Source: an uncultured Clostridia bacterium (GTDB lineage Bacteria; Bacillota; Clostridia; TANB77; CAG-508). Taken from it: 64,000 nucleotides of DNA. The position numbers were made by a program, and so were the translations under genes. The stretch covers positions 14,678-78,677 of the forward strand of contig CANRGN010000003.1 of assembly GCA_947630235.1 (NCBI GenBank), read 5' to 3'. A model generated the notes under the pieces. That model ran no database searches and was not told where the DNA came from. It saw nothing but the letters and a program-made list of their open reading frames with translations. Of the stretch, positions 20,151 to 30,417 are shown in pieces (the stretch's first letter is position 1; every line of letters starts with the position of its first letter).

Positions 20151-21353
20151 ATGAAGCAAAATAGCAAAATATTTTTAATAATTTCAATAATTTTACTTTT
20201 TTTCTTTTTAATTTATGCTTTTGTAGTAAATGTTAATGCTTATTATTCTGTTTCTGATCAAAAAAAACAGAATATTTATTATAAAAATTTAAATCCAATA
20301 AATTTAAAAAATGTAATAAGTGAAAATACTAAAGTAAAAAAATCTGAAAAAATAATTGTTGAAGATACAGATTTAGAATATAAAACTTTATATAAAGAAA
20401 ATAAAAATATGCCAAATGGTTGCTATAGAGTAGTTCAATTAGGTGAAATAGGAAAACAATCTGTAATTTTAAAACAGAGTTATGAAAATGATGAATTATT
20501 ATCAGAAGAATTAGTGTCTAATAATATAATAAAAAATAGTGTAGAAAAAATAATAGAAATAGGAACTGGAGAAGGTTATATTAATACTGAAATAAAAGAA
20601 GGCGATAAAGTTTTGGTTTGTGCAAATAATTTAAAATTAAAGCAAAACGAAAATTTAGAATCAGATACAATAGCGGATTTATCGTATAATACTCAAGTTG
20701 AAGTTTTAAATATATATGATAATTGTTATTTGATAAAAACTGATAATTTAACAGGTTATATAATAAAAGATGGTGTTTCAAAATTTGATTCTAACAAAGA
20801 TTATAGTATAGCTCAAGATACAAATAAAGTATATACAAAAGATGAATTATTAGATAGATTAAGTTTTGATATGGATGTTAGTGTTCAAAGTGATTTATCT
20901 TTAGAACAATTTGAGCAAATTTTTGAAAATAATCCTAATGATAAAAATGATATATTCAAAAATAATGCTAAATACTTTTATTATGCAGAAGAACAATATA
21001 ATATAAATGGTGTATTTCTGGCTTCTATAGCTGTTCATGAAAGTGCATGGGGAACTTCTACTATAGCAAAAAATAAAGATAATTTATTTGGATTTTGTGC
21101 GTATGATAGTGATCCATATAATAGTGCATCAAGTTTTAATTCTTATGGTGAAGGTATTGATTTAGTTGCTAGAGTTTTGATAAAAAATTATTTAAGCCCA
21201 TCAGGAACTATTTTACCAGATGGTAGTGTTGCTTCTGGTAGATATTATTCTGGTAAAACAATACAATCAGTAAATCAACATTATGCAACAGATAAGAATT
21301 GGGCAAATTGTGTATATAAATGGATGGAAAACTTATATAATTCTATAGAATAA
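20151..21353 (+). CDS. secreted peptidoglycan hydrolase (G5 + SH3 + N-acetylglucosaminidase domains)
   Basis: Signal anchor; G5-like TDLEYKTLYKEN...VEKIIEIGTG; SH3-like EGDKVLV...GYIIKDGV; glucosaminidase FLASIAVHESAWGTS...DNLFGF; ATG 20151 lies 6 nt after GGAGG. Confidence 0.8.
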   Translation: MKQNSKIFLIISIILLFFFLIYAFVVNVNAYYSVSDQKKQNIYYKNLNPINLKNVISENTKVKKSEKIIVEDTDLEYKTLYKENKNMPNGCYRVVQLGEIGKQSVILKQSYENDELLSEELVSNNIIKNSVEKIIEIGTGEGYINTEIKEGDKVLVCANNLKLKQNENLESDTIADLSYNTQVEVLNIYDNCYLIKTDNLTGYIIKDGVSKFDSNKDYSIAQDTNKVYTKDELLDRLSFDMDVSVQSDLSLEQFEQIFENNPNDKNDIFKNNAKYFYYAEEQYNINGVFLASIAVHESAWGTSTIAKNKDNLFGFCAYDSDPYNSASSFNSYGEGIDLVARVLIKNYLSPSGTILPDGSVASGRYYSGKTIQSVNQHYATDKNWANCVYKWMENLYNSIE

Positions 21354-21494
21354 TAATGAATTTTATTACATTAATTTACCATTTTTTATTGATATTTTTT
21401 TTCATATATTGTATTATATAATATATGTATAAATATAATAAGACATACAACAAATGAATAGATATATAAGATTTTATAAAGGAAGGAGAAAAAA

Positions 21495-21917
21495 ATGAAA
21501 AATAAAATAAAAAAAATATTTGCAATATTTTTTATTTTGATAACACTTCTTTCTTTTTATTCTATTTGTTTTGCTGCAAATGACAATGTAGTTGATGAAG
21601 ATGCTACTACAGAATTATTAGAAATGAAGGAAAGCACAAAAAGTAAACTAGAAAATTACATAGAAAAATACGGATCTACTCCTTACGGAATAGTAGCATA
21701 TGTGTTAAACACTGTAAGAATTTTTAGTATACCATTTTGCTTTTTAGGAATTGCATGGGGAGTTATAAAGCAGTATGTTACAGGAATAAGAAGAATAGAT
21801 ATTAGAGATAGAGGATTTTATCTTATAGTTTCCTTTGTTACTATTTTATTAATATGTCAAGTATTGCCACTTATATTTACGATTGTTGTAATGCGGATGG
21901 AGGGGATAAACAAATGA
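21495..21917 (+). CDS. small membrane protein with signal peptide and two TM segments (VirB2/TrbC-like topology)
   Basis: Signal peptide ending ICFA/AND and two hydrophobic helices. Contains an in-frame CGG-A at 21894, 8 codons before the stop, so the C-terminus is ambiguous (zero-frame stop 21917, +1-frame stop 21909). Confidence 0.6.
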   Translation: MKNKIKKIFAIFFILITLLSFYSICFAANDNVVDEDATTELLEMKESTKSKLENYIEKYGSTPYGIVAYVLNTVRIFSIPFCFLGIAWGVIKQYVTGIRRIDIRDRGFYLIVSFVTILLICQVLPLIFTIVVMRMEGINK

Positions 21918-24900
21918 AGGTTTTATTTGCAGTGGGAAAAGATGAACTTTCTAATTATATTATTGGAAAGTATCGTGATAAATATAAAGAAATTCTAACA
22001 TATAAGAATGTTTATTACTTTAATGCGATTGTAAAGGAATTACAAAATAACAAAGATTATGATTGTATTGTAATAAGTGAAGAATTGGAGGAATTTGCAA
22101 ATAATAACAATTACGATACAATAGATAAATTTATTTTTGAGAAATTAGATAACATAAGTGATGAAGCAAATGATAATAGAGGTAAAGAAATTGCTATAAT
22201 TTTTATTTGTTCAGAAAGAAGACATAAAGGTGATGATTTATTATCAAAATTATTTAGTATAGGTGTATATAATGCTTTAATTGGAGAAGATAAAACATAC
22301 GATGCAGTATGTACATTAATTAAAAATCCTAGAACAAAAAAACAAGCTAAGATTTATTATAAAATAGATAGTGAATCTAGTAATTATAGAGCAGAAAACG
22401 AGAATGAAGTTAGTGAAGTAGAAATACAAACTATAATTAATCATTTTAGAAAGTTAGGAAAATCTACTGAAAAATATGCCAAAAGTTTTGATAGTATTGC
22501 TGCACAATATACAGAAAAACAATTGATAATTATAGCAAATTGTTTGCCAGCAAAAGTAAAATCAGTTTTAGCATCAACTTCTGAAAAATATAAAAAATTA
22601 GCTTCAAATGAATTTGGTTTAGGTGTTATAGATAATAACACCAAAAAAGATAAAAAAGCTTTAGGAATAAAAGAAAATATGCTAGAGAATACTTCTATCA
22701 AAGAAAAAATAACAAAGCCAATTGTAATTCCATCTGGAGTTAAAAAAACAGTTTCTAGAAAGACAAAACCACAAAGTAATGAAAATGAAAATACTAGTAT
22801 TAGAATTCAGAAAAAACCAACTTCTCTTCAAGAAAAAATTGAAAGAAGAACAATTGATGAAAAAGAAAGATTAGACGCTTTAAAAAAGAAGAATGAATTA
22901 GAAAGAATTAATCAAAAAGCTCAAAATCCAAAAAAGGTTGTTAATGATAAAAAATCAACTTCTTCAAAAAATAATAAAGATATATCAAAACCTGTTGATA
23001 CAACAGTAGAAGAAGAAGATGATATTTTTTCTGATGATATTTTTAATGAAGATGATAATATAGTTAAAAATACAGCAGAAGAATTTGATAATGATATATT
23101 TGATGATGTAGAAGATACTGAAAATGTATCAAAACCTTTTTATAAAAATGTAACTAAATCAGAAGATACTTCTGATTTATCATTAGATGACGATGATGAA
23201 GATTTGGATTTTAATTTTAACGAAGATATTTTAGGAGATACTGATGACCTTTATGATGATAACAATAATTCAAATTTTAATGATAATGAATCATTTAATT
23301 TTGACGAGGATTTAGAAGATGAAGATGATTTAGAAGCAGAAGAAATAGAAGAATCCAAAGTAACAGCTAAACCAACAACAAAACCAACTGCAAAAGTAGA
23401 ACCAGAAGAGGATGATGACGAATTTGAATTTGAAGATGATTTTTTTGAAGATTCAGAAGAAATAGAAGAGCCAAGAGCAACAGCAAAACCAACAGTTAAA
23501 TCAACAACAAAAGTAGAACCGGAAGAAGATGATGACGAATTTGAATTTGAAGATGATTTTTTTGAAGATTCGGAAGAAGAAATAGAAGAGCCAAGAGCAA
23601 CAGCTAAACCAACAGCAAAACCAACAGCAAAACCAACAACAAAAGTAGAACCGGAAGATGATGATGACGAATTTGAATTTGAAGATGATATATTTGGAGA
23701 TTTAGAAGAAGAAATAGAAGAACCAAGAGCAACAGCAAAACCAACAGTTAAATCAACAACAAAAGTAGAACCGGAAGATGATGACGAATTTGAATTTGAA
23801 GATGATATATTTGGAGATTTAGAAGAAGAAATAGAAGAGCCAAGAGTAACAGCAAAACCAACAGCAAAAGTAGCATCGGAAGAAGATGATGACGAATTTG
23901 AATTTGAAGATGATATATTTGGAGATTCAGAAGAAGAAATAGAAGAGCCAAGAACAGCAGTTAAATCAACAGCAAAAGTAGAACCAGAAGAGGATGATGA
24001 CGAATTTGAATTTGAAGATGATATATTTGGAGATTCAGAAGAAGAAATAGAAGAGCCAAGAGCAACAGCAAAAACAACAGTTAAACCAACAGCAAAAGTA
24101 GAACCGGAAGAAGATGATGATGAATTTGAATTTGAAGATGATATATTTGGAGATTCAGAAGAAGTAGTAGAAGAGCCAAAAACAAAATCAAAAGCAGATG
24201 TAAAATCAAATGAAAATATACAACCAAAAGAAGATGAAAAAAATCTTGAATTTGATGATGATATTTTTGGTAATGATAATGAAGATTATATTACAAATAG
24301 TGTAGAAGATGATATATTTGATAATATATCTTCTATTCCAGGTTTAGATCAATTAGATAATGATGAATTAGATAATACTAAGAAAACTACTAAGAATATA
24401 GATAATAATGTAGAAGAAGATTTGTTTGATGATATTGATGGGCTTTCTAATATTGATGAATTAGATGATTTTGAAAATGAAAATTTATCTATAGATAACA
24501 AAAATAAAACTGAAAAAGAAGTTATTCAGAATTTAGAAGATGAAGATTTATTTGATTTTCCTGATGTAACTAAAAGTGAAGGAGAAAATCAAAAAGAAGA
24601 TGAACTTTATGATGCTTCAAGTACTTTACCTGGTTTAGATGAATTTGATGAAGATATTTTTGAAAATACTAATGAAGAAAATAAAAATAATAAAACTCAA
24701 AATACAAATACAAGTTCTAAAGTTGAAAGTATAAAACCTAAGGTAAATTATTCAATGTCTAATTTAAATAAATTACTAACCAAAGATAAAAAAGTTGTTA
24801 CTTTTATAGGTACAACAAAAAATGGAACATCTTTTTTAATTAATAATTTAGCCAAATTGTTTTCTTCAATAGGTATAAATACTGCAATTTTAGATATGAC

Positions 24901-25645
24901 AAAAAACAGAAACTCTTATTTCATATATACAAATAATGATGAAAATTTGAGGGAGATAGCATATTCATCTTTTGAAAAATTGGAGAATGGCTATGCAGAG
25001 GGAATAAAAGTTAGTAAAAATTTAACTGTATATACAAATCTTCCAACAGATGAAAAAGAATATACAAATGCTGAAATAATGCTATCTACATTACTTCAAA
25101 ATCATACACTAATTTTAATTGATTGTGATTTTGAAACAGATGTATCATTCTTTGCATTATGTCAGGAGATGTATTTAATACAAAGTATGGATATTTTAAC
25201 TATGCAACCATTAACTACTTTTTTAAGGGATTTACAAGTAAAAAATGTATTAGAACCAGAAAAAATTAGAGTTGTTGTTAATAAAGAAATAAAAGTAAGG
25301 GATTTAACTCCTAAAATTATAATAGGAGGACTATCATATTATAAAGACCCTGGAATGTCAGTAATGGTAGAATTATTTAATAAAGATATGGTACAAGCTT
25401 GTAGTATTCCTTTTGAGGATAATACGTATTCTAAATATTTAGAAGCAATGGTAAATTGTGAAATTTCTTTAAGTGGATATTCTAAAGTTTTTATGGCAAA
25501 ATTAAAAAATTTAGGTGAAATGATATATCCTTTAAATAGTAAACCTTCATATTCTAGTGAACCAATAACTCAAGACTACAATACTAGAAATAAATTTTCT
25601 AATAATATGAATGATACCTTAAAACAAATGAAAAAGAAATTTTAA
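21914..25645 (+). CDS. TadZ/CpaE-like protein: receiver-like N-domain, long acidic repeat region, MinD/ParA-like C-domain with degenerate Walker A
   Basis: ATG 21914 after GGAGGGG, overlapping the upstream stop (ATGA). The N-terminus MKVLFAVGKDE...DCIVISEEL is CheY-like. The C-terminus VTFIGTTKNGTSFLINNLA resembles a deviant Walker A but lacks the GK[ST] lysine. Confidence 0.6.
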   Translation: MKVLFAVGKDELSNYIIGKYRDKYKEILTYKNVYYFNAIVKELQNNKDYDCIVISEELEEFANNNNYDTIDKFIFEKLDNISDEANDNRGKEIAIIFICSERRHKGDDLLSKLFSIGVYNALIGEDKTYDAVCTLIKNPRTKKQAKIYYKIDSESSNYRAENENEVSEVEIQTIINHFRKLGKSTEKYAKSFDSIAAQYTEKQLIIIANCLPAKVKSVLASTSEKYKKLASNEFGLGVIDNNTKKDKKALGIKENMLENTSIKEKITKPIVIPSGVKKTVSRKTKPQSNENENTSIRIQKKPTSLQEKIERRTIDEKERLDALKKKNELERINQKAQNPKKVVNDKKSTSSKNNKDISKPVDTTVEEEDDIFSDDIFNEDDNIVKNTAEEFDNDIFDDVEDTENVSKPFYKNVTKSEDTSDLSLDDDDEDLDFNFNEDILGDTDDLYDDNNNSNFNDNESFNFDEDLEDEDDLEAEEIEESKVTAKPTTKPTAKVEPEEDDDEFEFEDDFFEDSEEIEEPRATAKPTVKSTTKVEPEEDDDEFEFEDDFFEDSEEEIEEPRATAKPTAKPTAKPTTKVEPEDDDDEFEFEDDIFGDLEEEIEEPRATAKPTVKSTTKVEPEDDDEFEFEDDIFGDLEEEIEEPRVTAKPTAKVASEEDDDEFEFEDDIFGDSEEEIEEPRTAVKSTAKVEPEEDDDEFEFEDDIFGDSEEEIEEPRATAKTTVKPTAKVEPEEDDDEFEFEDDIFGDSEEVVEEPKTKSKADVKSNENIQPKEDEKNLEFDDDIFGNDNEDYITNSVEDDIFDNISSIPGLDQLDNDELDNTKKTTKNIDNNVEEDLFDDIDGLSNIDELDDFENENLSIDNKNKTEKEVIQNLEDEDLFDFPDVTKSEGENQKEDELYDASSTLPGLDEFDEDIFENTNEENKNNKTQNTNTSSKVESIKPKVNYSMSNLNKLLTKDKKVVTFIGTTKNGTSFLINNLAKLFSSIGINTAILDMTKNRNSYFIYTNNDENLREIAYSSFEKLENGYAEGIKVSKNLTVYTNLPTDEKEYTNAEIMLSTLLQNHTLILIDCDFETDVSFFALCQEMYLIQSMDILTMQPLTTFLRDLQVKNVLEPEKIRVVVNKEIKVRDLTPKIIIGGLSYYKDPGMSVMVELFNKDMVQACSIPFEDNTYSKYLEAMVNCEISLSGYSKVFMAKLKNLGEMIYPLNSKPSYSSEPITQDYNTRNKFSNNMNDTLKQMKKKF
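23335..24180 (+). repeat. in-frame tandem repeat, 7 units of 108-132 bp
   Basis: Near-identical units encode EEIEEPRATAKPT(A/V)K..TTKVEPEEDDDEFEFEDDIFGDSEE; degenerate DDIF/EDLFD copies flank both sides. Confidence 0.95.
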
Positions 25646-25666
25646 TAATAAAGGGGTGAAAAAAAC

Positions 25667-26770
25667 TTGACAACTTTAACTTTTATTTTTACAGTAGTAA
25701 TAATAATTCTTATTATTGCGATTGTAGCTTTAATTTTCCTTAATTGTGGAACTAGACAAAAATTAAAAGAAATTGATAAAATAAATAAAAAAGTTAAAAA
25801 AAATATTTCAATTGTTAGAGAATTTTTGAAAATTACAGGAGAAGAAGATTCTGTTGATGAAAAATTAAAAAAAATAAATGAGTTAATTATAGAAACATAT
25901 GATATAAAATACTCAACAATTGTTGTTTTTGATGGTGCTGAATATGTAATAAAAGCTACTAATGTTGATTCAACACATCATAATGTTTTAAAAAATCTTC
26001 ATAACGAAGAGATTTTTCAAGATAGTGTTGCATCTGCCACCCCTAAATATGTTACAATAGAAAATGAAAATGAGAAATTACCATATCAAAAAGTTGAATT
26101 CGGAAGAGCAAAATCTGCAATGTTTTTTCCAATATATATAGATAATATATATATTGGATATTGGATAATGGAAAGTGGAAAGATGCATGCTTTTGATAAT
26201 TTAGATGCAACTGTTATTGAAGTAGTTAAAGATGATATTGTATCAATTTTGCAAACAGTTTCATATCAAAGCACAATAGAAACAATAAATAGAGTTGATA
26301 AGTTTACTGGTTTAAATTCAGAAGAGTATCTATATGGAGAAGCTAAAAAAATTATTGATAAATATGAAACTTCTGCTGTATGTATGTTTAGAATAGCTAA
26401 TATAGAAGAAATAAATGATACTACTAGTAGAAAAGTTGGAAATGAAATAATTACAGAAGTAAGTAATATTGTAAAAGATAAAATGCCTAAAGAATACATT
26501 TTTGTTAGATATATGGGACCTAAGTTTGTTATAGTATTTTCTGGAGTGGAAGAGGGAAGTTTAGACGAATTTTTATTGGATATGAAGCAAGAATTAGAAG
26601 AATTGGAAATAGTAGAAGATGATGGAGAATATGAATATACTGCTACTCCAAGAATTAACTTTGTAGTTTCAACATATTACAAAAGTACAGCTTTAGAAAA
26701 TTTAACTAAAAAGCTAGAAGAATATCTTGATAGTGCGCCTAAAGGTGAAAATCAAATTAATTATATTTAG
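25667..26770 (+). CDS. membrane-anchored protein with a degenerate GGDEF domain
   Basis: N-terminal TM; DKFTGLNSEEYLYGEAKK...VRYMGPKFVIVF, with MGPKF in place of GGDEF; TTG start after AAAGGGGTG. Confidence 0.6.
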   Translation: MTTLTFIFTVVIIILIIAIVALIFLNCGTRQKLKEIDKINKKVKKNISIVREFLKITGEEDSVDEKLKKINELIIETYDIKYSTIVVFDGAEYVIKATNVDSTHHNVLKNLHNEEIFQDSVASATPKYVTIENENEKLPYQKVEFGRAKSAMFFPIYIDNIYIGYWIMESGKMHAFDNLDATVIEVVKDDIVSILQTVSYQSTIETINRVDKFTGLNSEEYLYGEAKKIIDKYETSAVCMFRIANIEEINDTTSRKVGNEIITEVSNIVKDKMPKEYIFVRYMGPKFVIVFSGVEEGSLDEFLLDMKQELEELEIVEDDGEYEYTATPRINFVVSTYYKSTALENLTKKLEEYLDSAPKGENQINYI

Positions 26771-26779
26771 GAGGGAATT

Positions 26780-27034
26780 ATGGCAAGTGATAAAACAATG
26801 AGTTTTAAAGTAGAAAAAGAAAAAAATTTGAGAACTAAAGAAATTTTAAAAGAAGTTTATCAAGCTTTAGTAGAAAAGGGATATAATCCTATAAATCAAA
26901 TTGTTGGTTATATTTTATCTGGTGATCCAACATATATAACAAGTCATAATGATGCTAGAAATTTAATAAGAAAAATTGAAAGAGATGAATTATTAGAAAA
27001 TATGGTAAAATATTATATAGGATTAGAGGAATAA
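26780..27034 (+). CDS. IreB family regulatory phosphoprotein (UPF0297/YrzL)
   Basis: [46 protein letters not shown], close to B. subtilis YrzL. Confidence 0.85.
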   Translation: MASDKTMSFKVEKEKNLRTKEILKEVYQALVEKGYNPINQIVGYILSGDPTYITSHNDARNLIRKIERDELLENMVKYYIGLEE

Positions 27035-27453
27035 TGCGAATATTAGGGATAGATTATGGTGATTCAAGAGTAGGAATAGCAATAACAGATGCTCTAGGAT
27101 ATACTGCTCAAGGTTTGGAAACTATAAATCATAAAGGTAATGATAAAATAATATTAAAAAGATTAGATGAACTAATGAAAGAATATTCTATAGAAACTAT
27201 AGTTGTAGGTATGCCATATAATATGGATGGAACTCTTTCTAATAGGGCAGAAGTTACAGATAAATTTATTCATAAATTAAAATGTAAATATAATAAAATA
27301 AAAATTGATACGATAGATGAAAGACTTACAACAGTAGCTGCGCATAAAACAATGAATTTTTTAGATATTAATAAAAGAAAAAAAAGAAGTATTGTAGATA
27401 CAATTTCTGCTGTTTATATTTTAGAAATGTATATTAACAGGATAAATAATTAA
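27034..27453 (+). CDS. ruvX: Holliday junction resolvase-like nuclease RuvX (YqgF)
   Basis: [19 protein letters not shown]...VVGMPYNMDGT...DERLTT. Confidence 0.9.
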   Translation: MRILGIDYGDSRVGIAITDALGYTAQGLETINHKGNDKIILKRLDELMKEYSIETIVVGMPYNMDGTLSNRAEVTDKFIHKLKCKYNKIKIDTIDERLTTVAAHKTMNFLDINKRKKRSIVDTISAVYILEMYINRINN

Positions 27454-27528
27454 TAATATATAATATAGATTTTAAAATTATTTTTAATAATAAATTAATA
27501 ATTAAATAATTGAAAGGAGATCAAAATT

Positions 27529-27837
27529 ATGGATGATGAATTAGATTTTGATGAAGAAAGCAATATAGTAATATTAAATGATGAAAATGGGAATGAAATT
27601 AAATTTGAATTTTTAGATTTAATTCCTTTAGATGATGAAGAATATGTAGTATTACTTCCTGTTATAGAAGATGATGAAGAAGATAATGGAGAAGTAGTTA
27701 TATTAAAACTAGAAGAAACTGATTCAGAAACAGAAGAATCATATGTAAGTGTAGATGATGAGGAAATTCTAAATAAAGTTTTTCAAATATTTAAAGAAAA
27801 ATTTAAAGATGAATTTAATTTTGAAGATGAAGAATAA
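27529..27837 (+). CDS. DUF1292 (YrzB) family acidic protein
   Basis: IVILNDENGNEIKFEFLDLIPLDDEEYVVLLP pattern; conserved yrzL-ruvX-yrzB order. Confidence 0.8.
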   Translation: MDDELDFDEESNIVILNDENGNEIKFEFLDLIPLDDEEYVVLLPVIEDDEEDNGEVVILKLEETDSETEESYVSVDDEEILNKVFQIFKEKFKDEFNFEDEE

Positions 27838-27851
27838 TTTTTGAAATAAAG

Positions 27852-27886
27852 AACAAGATAATCTTTTGGATTATTTTGTTTTTTGC
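27852..27886 (+). terminator. terminator after the DUF1292 gene
   Basis: AACAAGATAATC/GATTATTTTGTT stem plus T-run. Confidence 0.6.
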
Positions 27887-28007
27887 TTTTTTTATATAAA
27901 ACTTCTAAAAAGATATTATGTAAATTTCAGAAAATTATTTGAAAAACAAATAAATATGTGATATAATAATTATGTTTATATTTATATTATTAAATAAGGA
28001 GTAATAA

Positions 28008-30356
28008 ATGGAAGGTAATAATTTAAAATATACTAATTATGATACTTCAAAAATAATAAAATTAAAATATAAAAAAGCACAAAAATATGAAAGATCTCAA
28101 AATTATAAAGAAGCAATTTCTTTATATGAAGATAATATAAAAATATATAATGATTCATCTTCAAAAATTGCACTAGCTAGATTATATTTAGATAGAAAAA
28201 CAACTAAGATAGATAATAAAAGAGTTAGAACTTTATTAGAAGAAGCATATATGCAAAATAATTTTAATGGAGTGGATTTATTAGCATATGTTTGGGCAAA
28301 TGGCATTGGTGGAGAGAAACATACTAAAGAAGCTTGTCAATTATTTTTTGATGAGTTAAAAAATAATAATTCAGATCCAATGGTATATATAGAACTTGCA
28401 AAGCTATTACCTAACAATAATAAAAATAAAATATTAAAGAAACATTTAAAATATTCTGTTAGTAAATTTGAGAAAATAAATTATAATAGAAAAAAGAATA
28501 TAGATATATTTAATAATATTAAATTGGGGAGGATAGTTAATAAAATTCCAAATTTCTTTTATATAAAATTACAGAATTTTTTTGATAAACAAAAAGATGA
28601 AAAATTAGCATATGGTATGCAGGAGATATATGACAAAGCTTGTAATACATATGATTCAGGTAATTATGATGCTGCTAGAGTTATTTTTACAAGATTAACA
28701 AATTTAGGAGACGATGAATCTAGTATAAAACTTTCTAAAATGTTATCTATGGGATTAGGCGGAGAAAAAGATATTGAAACATCTAGAGCTTTATATGAAA
28801 ATATTTTAAATAAAAGAGATCTAAAGTTATCTAGGATTGAAAAAGATATTTTAGATATGAAAAAAGATTTGGAATGTACAAAGAAAAAAAGTAAGGTAAC
28901 ACTAAAAGATAAAAAATCAATTACTCAAATAAAAGATGAAATAGAATATCTAAAATATAGACGAGATAGCATAATGAGAAATTCTACTTATAATGAAGCT
29001 TTATTAAATTATGGTTTATTATTAGTGGATAATTCAAAATCAAGAGAAGATTTTGAAACTGGAATAAGTATTTTAAAATCTTTTTCTGATTATGGTGAGT
29101 TAATACCAGAAAAAAATAGTAAATTAAATAAATATGGTAAGGAATATAATAGAAGAGCTATAATAGCTATTAAAAAATTAGGGAATCTTTATGAATCAAA
29201 AAAATGGCAACCAGAAAATATTGTTGAAGCTAGAAGTAACTTTTTAAAGTACACTACTGGAAGAGTATCAGGATACACTTCATATATTGCTGATAAAATG
29301 AAAAAAAGCATTAATAATGAAGAAAATATTGATGAAATATATAATGTTCCTAAAAATAAATCTAATAAAAAATGTAAATTGAGATATAATCTAGGAACTT
29401 TATTTGATGTATTGAATATAAAAAGTATTGCAAGAAAAATTTATACTTCTATGAGCCAAAGTGGAGATTATAGATGTTCTCAATTATTGGCTAATCTTGA
29501 GCAAAAAGGAAAAGGTGGAAAGAAAGATTTAGATAGTGCTATAGAACATTATAAAGAATATATTCAATATACTAATAATAATATAGAAGAATATTTAGAT
29601 AATAATAAATATATTGCAATAAGTGAATTGGCAAGTGCGATGCAAGAAAATGATGATATTGCAGGTGCAATTCAATTATATAAAATATCTGCTATAAGAG
29701 GTGTAAAAAAATCCAAAAAAGCTTTAAAAATTTTAAATGAACAAAATTTATGGAATCCAGAAACAGAAAGAGAGGCAAAACTAATTAATAAGAGATTGAT
29801 AAGAGAGTCTGTTGGACAGGTAAGTAATCCAAAATTAATTCGATCTGATAATTTCAAAGTACCTAGAAAAAATCCAATAAAAGCAGCATCTATCTCTGCA
29901 GCTATTGCAGTATCAACATATGGAATCAGTAATTCAGCAAATTTAATGGTAAGTGCTACAGATTTAAAAAATGATAGTATGGAAAATATAGTTCAACAAA
30001 TAAATGATTCAGAAGAAATCTTAAATCAAGAATTTTGTATAGGTGATGAGGTTTCTTTAAGTGAAAATAATACATCTTCAGATTCTAAAGTTATAGGTAT
30101 AGTAGCATATGATAATGAGAGCAAAGATATATTTAAAGCTGGAAAATTCAATATAAATAATTTTGGATTAACTACTAATCAATATTTAGATGAAATTTGT
30201 AAAGATCGAAACATCGAAAGAAAGAAATTAAATTTATTGTATTGTGTTAAAACAAATTCTGGCGAAATATTTTGGATAGATCCGATTAAAGAGAAAATTA
30301 ATTTGGTTAAATCTTATCAGCCTGCAAAAAAGGAAAAAGAAAGAGAGGAAATGTAA
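28008..30356 (+). CDS. Sel1/TPR-repeat protein with a C-terminal membrane segment
   Basis: Repeated G(I/L/K)GGEK(D/H)...A..(L/H)(F/Y) Sel1 signatures; hydrophobic AASISAAIAVSTYGI near residue 620. Confidence 0.7.
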   Translation: MEGNNLKYTNYDTSKIIKLKYKKAQKYERSQNYKEAISLYEDNIKIYNDSSSKIALARLYLDRKTTKIDNKRVRTLLEEAYMQNNFNGVDLLAYVWANGIGGEKHTKEACQLFFDELKNNNSDPMVYIELAKLLPNNNKNKILKKHLKYSVSKFEKINYNRKKNIDIFNNIKLGRIVNKIPNFFYIKLQNFFDKQKDEKLAYGMQEIYDKACNTYDSGNYDAARVIFTRLTNLGDDESSIKLSKMLSMGLGGEKDIETSRALYENILNKRDLKLSRIEKDILDMKKDLECTKKKSKVTLKDKKSITQIKDEIEYLKYRRDSIMRNSTYNEALLNYGLLLVDNSKSREDFETGISILKSFSDYGELIPEKNSKLNKYGKEYNRRAIIAIKKLGNLYESKKWQPENIVEARSNFLKYTTGRVSGYTSYIADKMKKSINNEENIDEIYNVPKNKSNKKCKLRYNLGTLFDVLNIKSIARKIYTSMSQSGDYRCSQLLANLEQKGKGGKKDLDSAIEHYKEYIQYTNNNIEEYLDNNKYIAISELASAMQENDDIAGAIQLYKISAIRGVKKSKKALKILNEQNLWNPETEREAKLINKRLIRESVGQVSNPKLIRSDNFKVPRKNPIKAASISAAIAVSTYGISNSANLMVSATDLKNDSMENIVQQINDSEEILNQEFCIGDEVSLSENNTSSDSKVIGIVAYDNESKDIFKAGKFNINNFGLTTNQYLDEICKDRNIERKKLNLLYCVKTNSGEIFWIDPIKEKINLVKSYQPAKKEKEREEM

Positions 30357-30417
30357 TATAATATAAATTATTGAACTAATTTTTTATATATGATAAAATT
30401 TTTTTGGAGGGATACAA

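Noticed and set aside
21854-21913. The extended N-terminus (MSSIATYIYDCCNADGGDKQ) of the large repeat protein, as given in the ORF track.
   Set aside because: It overlaps the upstream gene by 64 nt and has no SD. ATG 21914 has GGAGGGG upstream and the typical ATGA coupling.
23335-24180. A regular repeat array that could be mistaken for CRISPR.
   Set aside because: The units are 108-132 bp, contiguous with no unique spacers, in frame, and they encode a repeated peptide within a long ORF.
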